Of a stretch of DNA of 64,000 nucleotides, positions 46,094 through 54,454 are shown in pieces. Origin of the DNA: a virus; IMG/VR virus record IMGVR_UViG_3300025887_000010, positions 1-64,000 of that record, one strand, 5' to 3'. The position numbers were made by a program, and so were the translations under genes. The notes under the pieces are model-generated. The model was given only the letters and a program-made list of their open reading frames with translations. It ran no database searches and had not been told where the DNA came from. Each line of letters opens with the position of its first letter. The stretch's first letter is position 1.

Positions 46094-46799
46094 CGTCGTT
46101 CACGCGGATCGCCAAACCATTGTTGGTGGTCCATAGTGTGTGATAGCCGTATTTCGCGAGATGCTCCTTGACAGCACGTGCACTCTTCGTCACTCGATTG
46201 CCTTCGAAGTAGATGATAGAAGGACGAATCTTGTTCCAGTCGGTTGCAATGATTGCGTCGGCGTCTTCACCTTCGATATCAATCTGGATGATATCGGGTT
46301 GAGTCCCAGACGCGTTCACGAGAGACTCAATGGTCTGAGTCTTGAAGTTGAACTTCTCGATTGCGTCTTCGGCCTGGTCTTCTGGGTTCTGACGTGCTTG
46401 ATGGAACCAGTTTCGCAACTTCCCATAATGGATTGTTGAGACGCCGAGTGGTGCACGATATTCAGGCCAATCAGGTTTCGAGTATGTCCGTGCAACCTTC
46501 GACCAATATTCCTCCTTGATGCAAAAGATTTCGACATCTTCACCATCTGTCGACGAAACGATTGAAGGGATGATCTCGAAATCTTCATAGTCGATTTCAG
46601 CCATGTGATTGCGGATGATAGGATGAAGTGACGAGATTGGCTCGACGAGAATCAAGCTTGAGCGGTCTCGAAGTTGAGGAAGAATGCCGTAAAGCGGATC
46701 GTTGTATTTCGCATCATTTGCGCCGATGACCATCAAATCCAAATACGATTTCGAAGTCAAAAGAGTCATTATGGCTGCGTAGTATGGTGTCGTTCTCAT
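46086..46799 (-). CDS. FkbM-family SAM-dependent methyltransferase
   Basis: VIGANDA, LVEP, IQIDIEGED..I, RP.II.FE. Confidence 0.82.
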   Translation of the reverse strand: MRTTPYYAAIMTLLTSKSYLDLMVIGANDAKYNDPLYGILPQLRDRSSLILVEPISSLHPIIRNHMAEIDYEDFEIIPSIVSSTDGEDVEIFCIKEEYWSKVARTYSKPDWPEYRAPLGVSTIHYGKLRNWFHQARQNPEDQAEDAIEKFNFKTQTIESLVNASGTQPDIIQIDIEGEDADAIIATDWNKIRPSIIYFEGNRVTKSARAVKEHLAKYGYHTLWTTNNGLAIRVNDDG

Positions 46800-47044
46800 G
46801 ATATGTCCAGTTCTATGTGAGTGGATTTCGATTGCTTGAGCAAGTTGTTCTTTCTGGCTTCAGCAGAAACCCGTTCGATGAATGTTTGGGAGAACTTCAC
46901 CGTTTTGTGAATTTCCTCGTAATCTACATCGTGTTGCTCGCAGTAGTCCACAGCAGCATCAAAGAGTGAGTCGAACTCATTATCCGAGAAGTGCTGTAAG
47001 ATTTTCTGCTCGAAGTCAGATACGGTTTTTGGTGATGCACCCAT
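46796..47044 (-). CDS. gp33: late transcription coactivator
   Basis: FDAAVDYCEQHDVDYE..K...S..F.E.V.AEA...NLLK. Confidence 0.85.
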   Translation of the reverse strand: MGASPKTVSDFEQKILQHFSDNEFDSLFDAAVDYCEQHDVDYEEIHKTVKFSQTFIERVSAEARKNNLLKQSKSTHIELDIS

Positions 47045-47727
47045 TACGAGGGATCAGGAATGAGATTGAAGTTGCGCTCATAGAAGTGCATGTTCTGCAC
47101 TTGCCAGTGAAGTGTACCGATCTCTAGATCGAAGTCAAAAAGTGTGTGTGCATTCAAATCACAGACAAGCATGCTCATGACATGTATCTGCCATGCACGA
47201 TCATTTCGATATCCAGCCCAGGCATCGTTCGAACGCATTTGAACTACAGCATGAAGCTTACCATCACGAATCTGGTAGGAAACAGCATTGGTGCAGATAA
47301 AGTCAGACATACCGTTGTGAGCATACTCGACCCAAATAGATGGACGGTTGTAGATCATGACGGCTCGACGTGAACTCGGATTTTTCGCAAGTTCCTCTAA
47401 AACTTTGGCGTATTGATGATGGTATAACGGCGAAAAGATCAGCAATCCGTAATTGGAGTTGATGAGACCGTCACTGGATGAGATGTCTTGCCAGATTTTT
47501 GGAACGATGTCGTAATATCTACCGATATCGTTAACAGAACGACTCATCGATTCGTACCAATCGATTTCGGCATCGATGTATTTCGTGTTAAGATCACCGA
47601 ATATGGTTGCTTCATCAGCTTCAAACGATGCTCCGAGGATTTCGATTACGTTCGTTCCACCGAGATTGACGATGTCACCAGCAGCTTTCTTCTCGATGAA
47701 TAGGTTACGGATATCTTGTACGTTCAT
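47044..47727 (-). CDS. gp42: dCMP hydroxymethylase
   Basis: colinear with T4 gp42: IEILGASF.ADE..IFG, PKIWQ, INSNYG, NPSSRR..MIY.RPS, GMSDFICTN (catalytic Cys), MRSND, GYRND (dCMP-specifying Asp). Confidence 0.95.
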   Translation of the reverse strand: MNVQDIRNLFIEKKAAGDIVNLGGTNVIEILGASFEADEATIFGDLNTKYIDAEIDWYESMSRSVNDIGRYYDIVPKIWQDISSSDGLINSNYGLLIFSPLYHHQYAKVLEELAKNPSSRRAVMIYNRPSIWVEYAHNGMSDFICTNAVSYQIRDGKLHAVVQMRSNDAWAGYRNDRAWQIHVMSMLVCDLNAHTLFDFDLEIGTLHWQVQNMHFYERNFNLIPDPS

Positions 47728-48116
47728 TGGACGCTCTCCTCTTCTTCTGACAATTTGCGATTGAAGACATCAGCCTGTAGGTCTTGGCCGTCGATCTCTC
47801 TGTTGATGAACGCAGCCATGAAGCTTGCGTAGTTGACCATATCCATCAGGGTGTCTTCGACGGATTCGAAAACTGGAGCGTTATTGTTCGATTCCCATGT
47901 TTCGATCAGTGACTGAAGCCGAAGCTTCTTCGCATGGATGATCTCTTCGATCGTCTTGATGCCTGACGGATAATAGTCAGCTTGCTTGACGCGAGAGTTT
48001 GGATTTTGGTAATCCTGACCCTTGAGTCGTTGAAGTTCGATGCATTTCTGCAGGAACATAACCGAGTAGCGCTCTTTCGATACGCCGATGGCTTCGAGTC
48101 GGTTGGTTGTAGACAT
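47724..48116 (-). CDS. nucleotide-modification-associated domain 1 (DUF1599-like) protein
   Basis: ELQ..KGQDY...YYP.G...I..K..R...FESVEDTL.D..NYASF; coupled to gp42. Confidence 0.82.
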   Translation of the reverse strand: MSTTNRLEAIGVSKERYSVMFLQKCIELQRLKGQDYQNPNSRVKQADYYPSGIKTIEEIIHAKKLRLQSLIETWESNNNAPVFESVEDTLMDMVNYASFMAAFINREIDGQDLQADVFNRKLSEEEESVQ

Positions 48117-49313
48117 TCACATTTCTCCTTTGTCAAACCGCATTTTCAAGAATTCTGGGTGGCGAAGACGACCGGCTGGAGTGTACTCCATGAATTCCGC
48201 TTCGCATTCTTCACCGATCAACTGATCACGAATTTCCCAGAGATATTCGCGTTGCCTATCGGAAAAGCCTCCGCCAATTTTCGTTGTGGTGCCTTTCTGG
48301 GTCTTAACTATCAACGCACCAAGCTTGCCTTTGAGGCGACCTCGTCCTTCATGAAATCCGGTGACTTCGAAAGAGTCTTCAACAAGAGGCTTGACCTTCA
48401 TCCAGTCGAGTGTGCGCTTGAATGAGTACTTGCCCTTCTTCTTCTTGAGGATTGCACCTTCATGACCGGCTTTGCGATACCGATTGTAGGCAGCTTCAGC
48501 TTCTTCGAGAGAGTTCACAATCTCATGTTCGGCGAGTGGAGTCACTAAGATCATTGATTTCAGAGCTGCATATCGTTCTTCGTATTCGCGAGTGCTTTTG
48601 CGAGACTTGAATTCTTCCATTGTGATTGCATCGAAGAGTTTCAGGCTAGAAAGGACTGCGTCTGAAGTGCTGCGATGGATAACACCAACTGAAAGGTTGA
48701 AGTCACCACCATCAGTGATTGCTTCACCATCGAAGACCATGTTGGGATACGCAGAAAGTTCATTGAGAATTTCCGGATCGATATTGTAGAGAGGCTTGCC
48801 GTTTCTCGAAAGAGTTTCAGTGGCTCCATGTGCATCTACAAGAACGACACAGCGAACTCCATCGAATTTCGGCTGAGCGTAACAAGGGAATTCAGTTTTG
48901 GATTTCGTGTAGGACCCAGCCAATTGAAGGCTAAAGGTCTTGTACGCGTCTTTGTAGACGGTACGGAACGATTTACCACCAATTCCGAGTTGGTATGACT
49001 GAAATCGCCCAAGAATCGAGTTGGTCACATTCAGCTGCAAGTCGGAGAAATCTTCGCAGTTATTGCGAAGCCATTTGAAGTCGGACTCTCCCAAGGCCGT
49101 GAGGATTTGTTCATCGGTGATGGCAGATTCGACATTTGGAAGGGTTGGGCGAAGTTTTGAGACTCCGAAGTTGTGGAATGGATCAAATGACCAGGTGATG
49201 ACTTGCACGGTGTGTGCATCAATCTCACGAAGAGCTTCAATTTTTGCATTGGTTCCTTTTGTGGAACCAAGCATTGATAGATCGCGATGGATAAGTTCGA
49301 ATGGATTCATCAT
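48117..49313 (-). CDS. gp30: ATP-dependent DNA ligase
   Basis: KFDGVR adenylation motif, LSRNGK, FDGE, EG.ILK, KR..DWMKVK, GGGFSD..R, LRHP.F...R.DK. Confidence 0.96.
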   Translation of the reverse strand: MMNPFELIHRDLSMLGSTKGTNAKIEALREIDAHTVQVITWSFDPFHNFGVSKLRPTLPNVESAITDEQILTALGESDFKWLRNNCEDFSDLQLNVTNSILGRFQSYQLGIGGKSFRTVYKDAYKTFSLQLAGSYTKSKTEFPCYAQPKFDGVRCVVLVDAHGATETLSRNGKPLYNIDPEILNELSAYPNMVFDGEAITDGGDFNLSVGVIHRSTSDAVLSSLKLFDAITMEEFKSRKSTREYEERYAALKSMILVTPLAEHEIVNSLEEAEAAYNRYRKAGHEGAILKKKKGKYSFKRTLDWMKVKPLVEDSFEVTGFHEGRGRLKGKLGALIVKTQKGTTTKIGGGFSDRQREYLWEIRDQLIGEECEAEFMEYTPAGRLRHPEFLKMRFDKGEM

Positions 49314-49636
49314 ATTGTCCTTTGTTTATAGTTCCACTATATCATACATAGCACGCATTGTAAACAAGAAAATTGTCAACGCTATTCGTGAAGGATGACA
49401 CCTGACTTGAGTGTGACGCGAATTCGATACTTGACGTACGGACCAACTGGTGGATTTTTTGGAAATCACAGGACCAGTGTAGCGCATAATACGACCTTGA
49501 ATTCGAATTCCGTCATTTCTCGAATATGCTGAAACTGTGGTTGTTCCTAACATATTCAGTCTCTTTCTAGTTCTCGCTTTACCGAGAAGGTAATCAGCTT
49601 TGGCCATAATTTCTGTTCCTAAAGTGTAGTCCAAGT

Positions 49637-50341
49637 CTACTCAGAAGATTGCTTCTTGAGGATAAGTTTCAAAATTTGATCGACAGTCTGGACACTTTCG
49701 ACCTCGTGATCGTCGATTTCAAGTTCGAAATCTTCCTCGATGAGTATATGGATTTCGACACAATCCAAACTGTCAGCTCCCAAATCAGTGTGGATGTCTG
49801 AATTGGGGTGAACGAGATCGATATCAACCATGAGATGGCTTGCGAGAATACTTTTGATACGGGTAAGAAGACTGTCGTTTTCGACTTCCTTCACTGGTTT
49901 ATCATCAGTGATTGTCATCGGGATGATCGACGATTCACGATCTCCGAAAATATATAGGTTTGGGTTCTTCCAGCGAGCTTCGAATTCCTCGTTCGGAATG
50001 TAGAAGATGCGATCAATCCCAGCTTTGAATAGCTTGGAGATGCATCCTCCACATGGGAAACCAGTTACGTAGGCATCACATCCTTCGACACGAGTACCGA
50101 ATTGAGCAGCATTCAGGAGTGCATTCTCTTCAGCGTGGATTGAAAAGACAAGACGATCGTCGCGTTGTAGATTTTCAACTGCGTCATCATCGATACCTGG
50201 ACAATTTCCATTCCATCCAGTAGAGATGATGTGGTGTGACTTGGAGGCAATAACACATCCAACATGAGCACCGTTATGTTTCGAATTTTGCGATGCAAGA
50301 GATGCAACACACATTGGGTAGGTTGTGATGCTCTTCATCAA
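49637..50341 (-). CDS. cd: dCMP deaminase fused to a C-terminal acyl carrier protein
   Basis: HVGCVI..ISTGWNG, HAEENA, PCGGC; C-terminal RIKSILA.HL...DLGADSLDCVEI...EEDFELEI.D.E.E...TV.QI. Confidence 0.9.
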   Translation of the reverse strand: MMKSITTYPMCVASLASQNSKHNGAHVGCVIASKSHHIISTGWNGNCPGIDDDAVENLQRDDRLVFSIHAEENALLNAAQFGTRVEGCDAYVTGFPCGGCISKLFKAGIDRIFYIPNEEFEARWKNPNLYIFGDRESSIIPMTITDDKPVKEVENDSLLTRIKSILASHLMVDIDLVHPNSDIHTDLGADSLDCVEIHILIEEDFELEIDDHEVESVQTVDQILKLILKKQSSE

Positions 50342-50538
50342 ACTTCCTCCATCCTTTCGGCCGCATTGATCGAATTCGTCACATCCTCGATGTGTTTATT
50401 CGCATCGTTGATCGCATTCTGAGCTTCCAAACCTGCAATTCCACAGCGAACGTCAGAGTGAATGAACGCCTGTGTGAGTGCATTGCGCAATTTCACAATG
50501 AGATCAAACTGTTCTTTCGATTGGACTTTTTTATTCAT
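50338..50538 (-). CDS. hypothetical early protein (start MNKKVQ)
   Basis: AAGGA RBS; promoter 50574-50602. Confidence 0.6.
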   Translation of the reverse strand: MNKKVQSKEQFDLIVKLRNALTQAFIHSDVRCGIAGLEAQNAINDANKHIEDVTNSINAAERMEEV

Positions 50539-50605
50539 GTCTACGTTTCCTTTGTTTAAGGTTTCATAATTCAATCATAACACAAAGCAAATGCGATGTA
50601 CACAC

Positions 50606-50637
50606 AAAAATGGCGAGCACGAGGCTCGCCATTTCTT
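50606..50637 (-). terminator. intrinsic terminator, copy 1 of a duplicated terminator-promoter cassette
   Basis: AAAAATGGCGAGCACGAGGCTCGCCATTT. Confidence 0.85.
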
Positions 50638-50760
50638 TTATAAATGTTGCTTTAGACGATTACAGCATGACAATCTCCCCTTATTCTAAAAGCGTTTGAA
50701 AGACGATTTCAAAAGTTTCGATAGTTAAGATATATCACACTCTGTACGTCTTGTACACAC

Positions 50761-50788
50761 AAAAATGGCGAGCACGAGGCTCGCCATC
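50761..50788 (-). terminator. intrinsic terminator after gp23, copy 2
   Basis: AAAAATGGCGAGCACGAGGCTCGCCAT identical to copy 1. Confidence 0.88.
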
Positions 50789-50813
50789 ATTTTGATCAGT
50801 GTTTCTGTTCGAC

Positions 50814-52133
50814 TTAGAACAGGATACCAGTCACGCGGAACAAGCGGTAGAACTTGTTGGTCCGTGCTACGACTGCGCCGTTCGTGTCTGCCAGAGGGTT
50901 GACAACGAAACCGGCCCGTGTCTTGAAGAACATGACTGGCTGACCCGATGTTGGGGACACAGTTTCAACGCTCCAGACTGGGACGTATGGGCAGTAGAAT
51001 GCACCAGCTGCATATTCGGCATCGCCTTTCCAACCAACCATGCAGAAACCTGCGTTGGGGGAAGAGACTTGCGCACGGTCGTCACGGTAGATGCGCACTT
51101 TGCCCATCAGCATGCCGACTGCAGTCGTGGTGTCAGTGATGACCTCAGATGCGCCGGAGAACTGGTTGTTCGCAGGGCTGAGTTCACTGATGAAGCCGGA
51201 GTTGGCGAGCAGGTTGTAGGTCTTCGTGTCAACCACGGCAAAGTTACCATGACCGGTACGAGTGTCAAACATGATCTGCGAACATTCATGCAGAATGCGC
51301 ATTGCCAAGATACGACCTTTCTCACCAATCCACTGACCGTCGGTGTCAGCGTTCAAATCGTATACGCCAGGAGTGGTTGTGTCGGAGCAACCCAGAACTG
51401 CCGAGATGTACAACTTGCGAAGCGTTTCGTAGTTGATTTCGGAAGTCAGCTGTTCGGACATCATCGAGCCGAACATGGATTTGCCGTCGACACCGTGTTG
51501 TGCTGCAAGGTCCTGAATCATTTCCATCGAGAAGTTCGACATCAATGCGCGGGTCTTGGCTTGCACAGGGACGGAGTCCACAGTCATGGCGACCTGAGCG
51601 GTCACGTCGTCTTCGCCTTCGCCACTGGACATGAACCCACCAGTCGTAAAGCCGGAACCGATACCAGTACCAGCGTCGGCAGTTGGATCAGAGGCGCGGT
51701 CAGTGGCAACAACAGCAGCTTCGCGAGCGCCGGCAGAATCGAGACCAGTGAAGTCAGCTTGTGTGTTGTTGAGCGCAATTTCAGCGCCAGATTGGTTATT
51801 GAACCGTGGACGCCATGCGAAAGCAAGACCGGTTGGACCAGTAAGTGGTTGAGTACCAACAAGCTGGTTACCCAGAATCTGTGGACCCATCCGGCGAACC
51901 AGAGAGATTACCACCTGGTCATAGCCAGAAACGCCGCCAGCAGTGTTTGTCGGTGCAGCTTCTTGGAAGACGCTCTTCTGAGAGGCCAGGAAGTTGCGTG
52001 TGTTTTCCAGCATACGGGCGATGCCCATCTGCTTGGTTTTGTCCTTGACAGGCTCCATCGTGTCGTCCTGTGCTTCAAGCACTTTCTTCCACTTTTGGGC
52101 AAGGAAATGGTCGTTTTCACCATAAAATTCCAT
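50814..52133 (-). CDS. gp23: major capsid protein (start MEFYGE)
   Basis: KWK.VLE, LENT..FL, V.ISLVRR, GTQPLTGPTGLAFA.R, V.AKTRAL...S.E..QDL.A.HG.D, EIN.E, AGAFYCPYVP, GQP...FKTR, NP. Confidence 0.98.
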   Translation of the reverse strand: MEFYGENDHFLAQKWKKVLEAQDDTMEPVKDKTKQMGIARMLENTRNFLASQKSVFQEAAPTNTAGGVSGYDQVVISLVRRMGPQILGNQLVGTQPLTGPTGLAFAWRPRFNNQSGAEIALNNTQADFTGLDSAGAREAAVVATDRASDPTADAGTGIGSGFTTGGFMSSGEGEDDVTAQVAMTVDSVPVQAKTRALMSNFSMEMIQDLAAQHGVDGKSMFGSMMSEQLTSEINYETLRKLYISAVLGCSDTTTPGVYDLNADTDGQWIGEKGRILAMRILHECSQIMFDTRTGHGNFAVVDTKTYNLLANSGFISELSPANNQFSGASEVITDTTTAVGMLMGKVRIYRDDRAQVSSPNAGFCMVGWKGDAEYAAGAFYCPYVPVWSVETVSPTSGQPVMFFKTRAGFVVNPLADTNGAVVARTNKFYRLFRVTGILF

Positions 52134-52213
52134 CGTGTTTTCTCCTAAGGGTGTTGGATCATTTGTTGCATGATCATTCGTATATTTTACTCGTGCTGGC
52201 ATTCGATTTTAGA

Positions 52214-52597
52214 TCAGGACTTCAACATCCTTGTGACGATCTTGTTGCCCTTTTCACGAAAGGCTTTCACGAACTCGGGTGACGAAATCCCAGAGCAGGA
52301 CTCTGCAATATGTACTTCAGTTCGATATCCTTGCGTGATCGTGTGACGGACAGAACCCATTGCGATTCCATTTTTGGTCGTAAGAATGTTCTCGATCACT
52401 ATGGATTCGCCATCATTATCCACCGAGGTGCTCACTGCAAACCCGGAAGACTCGAGGAAGGTCTTCGAAAATGATTCGATGACCTTCGAAATTGATTCGA
52501 CTTCAGAGTCAGTGAGCGTCAAGGATGTGACAGACTCCGTGAAGAGATTGTCACACCCTCTTTCGCTCAAATCCTCGAGGATTTGGCTGATCCGCAT
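52214..52597 (-). CDS. hypothetical head-associated protein between gp22 and gp23
   Basis: ATG 1 nt after the gp22 stop; N-terminal ILE/LSE/FTE motifs. Confidence 0.55.
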   Translation of the reverse strand: MRISQILEDLSERGCDNLFTESVTSLTLTDSEVESISKVIESFSKTFLESSGFAVSTSVDNDGESIVIENILTTKNGIAMGSVRHTITQGYRTEVHIAESCSGISSPEFVKAFREKGNKIVTRMLKS

Positions 52598-52598
52598 A

Positions 52599-53786
52599 TC
52601 AGCTTTCCATTGCTTCATCGATTGCACTGAAGAGGTCACCCTTGACTTCGCTCTTGAGACTGAAATTAGTGTCAGCGTTCTCGACAATGCGCTTCATGTA
52701 GTTGTCGTTTTCGGAGTCTTTCTCGGTGAAGAACTTGGTCTTCAACATGGTGGCCTTGCCTTTGAAGTCTTCAAACGAGCTGAAGTCGACCTCGTTGACA
52801 GATTCGACGAAGCGTTCCTTTACAGAGTCCGTCATGTCGTCAGAAGCATTCTCAACGAAGCGTTCAATCTTCAGCAGAAGAGCTTCTTTGCGAACGGTAT
52901 CCAACTTGGTAGAAAGCTCTTCGACGAAATCGGTCTTGTCCTTCAGATCAGACTGCAGTTCCTGAATTTTGGAGCTGTTTTCGGCCTTCATCTCGAAGTC
53001 GGTGTCTGAGAACAGAGTCTGAGTTTCCTCAAAGAGAGTCTCCAGTTTGGCAAGACGTGCCTTATCGACGATGACATCACCATGAGATTCGAAGAAGTCG
53101 TTTGTTGCACGTTCGACGTATGCAGAAACACGACGGTCAATTTCTTTCTCCTGGGCTTTCGCATTGGCTTCGTACTTTCGCTCCATTTTCGATAGAGCCT
53201 TTTCAGAAACGGCAACAGCGACTCGTGCGATCTCGGTCTTCAGAACAGCGACAAAGGCGGCAGAGCGTTCTTCATCAAGGTCGAGAGATTCGATGACCTT
53301 CTTGACGACAGCGTTGTCGACCACGGAGATTGGAGCAGACTCACCAAGAATTGGAGCTTCATCGTCTTCATCGCCTAACTCGTCATCTTCATCGCCCATT
53401 TCGTCGTCCTCATCACCCATTTCATCGATGAGTGGATCATCAAGACCGTCGATGGACTCTTTCTTCTTCTTCTCTTCGTAGTCCTTGTCGTCCTTGTCGT
53501 CCTTGTCGTCGTCCTTGTCGTCGTCCTTGTCGTCGTCCTTGTCGTCGTCCTTGTCGTCGTCCTTGTCGTCGTCCTTGTCGGACTCTTTCTTCTTCGCTTC
53601 CATCTTGGCGAAGATCGAACGAATCTTGTACGATTCGCCTTTTGTCAGCGTGGGAGCGTCATCAACGGATTCGTTAAGCAGTGCGAATCCCTTGTCGGCG
53701 TTCTCAGCAAAAGCGGTCGTGATCTCATTCAGTTTGCTTGGGTTTTTGCTTGCAAGGTCCTGCAAAGCTTTCAGAATTCTATCCAT
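52599..53786 (-). CDS. gp22: prohead core scaffolding protein with acidic repeat insert
   Basis: F.A..K.E......SAY.E...F...F......F..FK.K...LK..FF; between gp21 and gp23. Confidence 0.88.
   Translation of the reverse strand: MDRILKALQDLASKNPSKLNEITTAFAENADKGFALLNESVDDAPTLTKGESYKIRSIFAKMEAKKKESDKDDDKDDDKDDDKDDDKDDDKDDDKDDKDDKDYEEKKKKESIDGLDDPLIDEMGDEDDEMGDEDDELGDEDDEAPILGESAPISVVDNAVVKKVIESLDLDEERSAAFVAVLKTEIARVAVAVSEKALSKMERKYEANAKAQEKEIDRRVSAYVERATNDFFESHGDVIVDKARLAKLETLFEETQTLFSDTDFEMKAENSSKIQELQSDLKDKTDFVEELSTKLDTVRKEALLLKIERFVENASDDMTDSVKERFVESVNEVDFSSFEDFKGKATMLKTKFFTEKDSENDNYMKRIVENADTNFSLKSEVKGDLFSAIDEAMES
53482..53582. repeat. 12-nt tandem repeat (GTCCTTGTCGTC) encoding (DKDD)n in gp22
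   Basis: six 12-nt units plus 9-nt variants. Confidence 0.95.
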
Positions 53787-53802
53787 GGAATGGCCTCTCT
53801 TT

Positions 53803-54450
53803 CTAGAATTTTGTGATGTTGCGGATCAGTTTCCTGAACTCGCTTGTTGAAAGTTGGTCCACTTTGCGCAGTTTGCTTGCAGTAGACTTTGTGATGATTC
53901 CTTCCTCAACGAAGAACTCAGTGTTCTCAGCGAATGCACGAACCATCGCATCAGGAGCAGATGGATTCGAGACGATGTCCACGGCGGTCATGATGTACAT
54001 TTCCATATACTCGATTCCGTCTTTATGGACTTTCGACTTTCCTCCGCCTCTTGTTGAGACTCCCAAATTCACACCGGATGTGGCAAGACCTTTTGCAGTA
54101 TTGCCCATAGGGGTATCAGTAATCTTCGCTTTACCGTAGATGTTCTTTCCGTCGAACCGCATCTCGGTGATAAGGTGCGACACGTTTTGAAGAGCGACGG
54201 TCAATCCTTCTGGGTGGTCCAGTTCGCCGAGGGCAATGCCTCGTTTGATGCGTGTTTCGATATAAGCTTCGGCGGCAGGGAACAGAACATCCTCAGGATA
54301 GTTCCGTCCGTTTCCATTCACCAGATCGGCTTGGGCGAAGATACCTTCGATGTAGAAGGCGCTCACACCTGAATCATTCTTATTCTCAAAGAACTCCAGG
54401 TTCGAGTGTCCCACGTCTTCTGAGAAGAGATTCAGAGCGACTTTAGTCAT
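53803..54450 (-). CDS. gp21: prohead protease
   Basis: YIEGIF.QAD..NGNGR.YP, ALGELDHP, NVSHLITE, GKAKI.DTPMG, LGVSTRG.G, DIV.NPSAPDA. Confidence 0.96.
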   Translation of the reverse strand: MTKVALNLFSEDVGHSNLEFFENKNDSGVSAFYIEGIFAQADLVNGNGRNYPEDVLFPAAEAYIETRIKRGIALGELDHPEGLTVALQNVSHLITEMRFDGKNIYGKAKITDTPMGNTAKGLATSGVNLGVSTRGGGKSKVHKDGIEYMEMYIMTAVDIVSNPSAPDAMVRAFAENTEFFVEEGIITKSTASKLRKVDQLSTSEFRKLIRNITKF

Positions 54451-54454
54451 GTGA

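Noticed and set aside
49326-49634. 102-aa minus-strand ORF between the deaminase and ligase genes
   Set aside because: Its 3' part runs through the ligase early promoter and there is no clear RBS; left unannotated, though a short basic peptide cannot be excluded.
50799-52148. 449-aa plus-strand ORF opposite gp23
   Set aside because: Antisense shadow of a strongly codon-biased capsid gene; no RBS or recognisable motifs.
53482-53582. Possible CRISPR or iteron array
   Set aside because: No spacers; an in-frame coding repeat within gp22. No CRISPR array was seen anywhere in the window.
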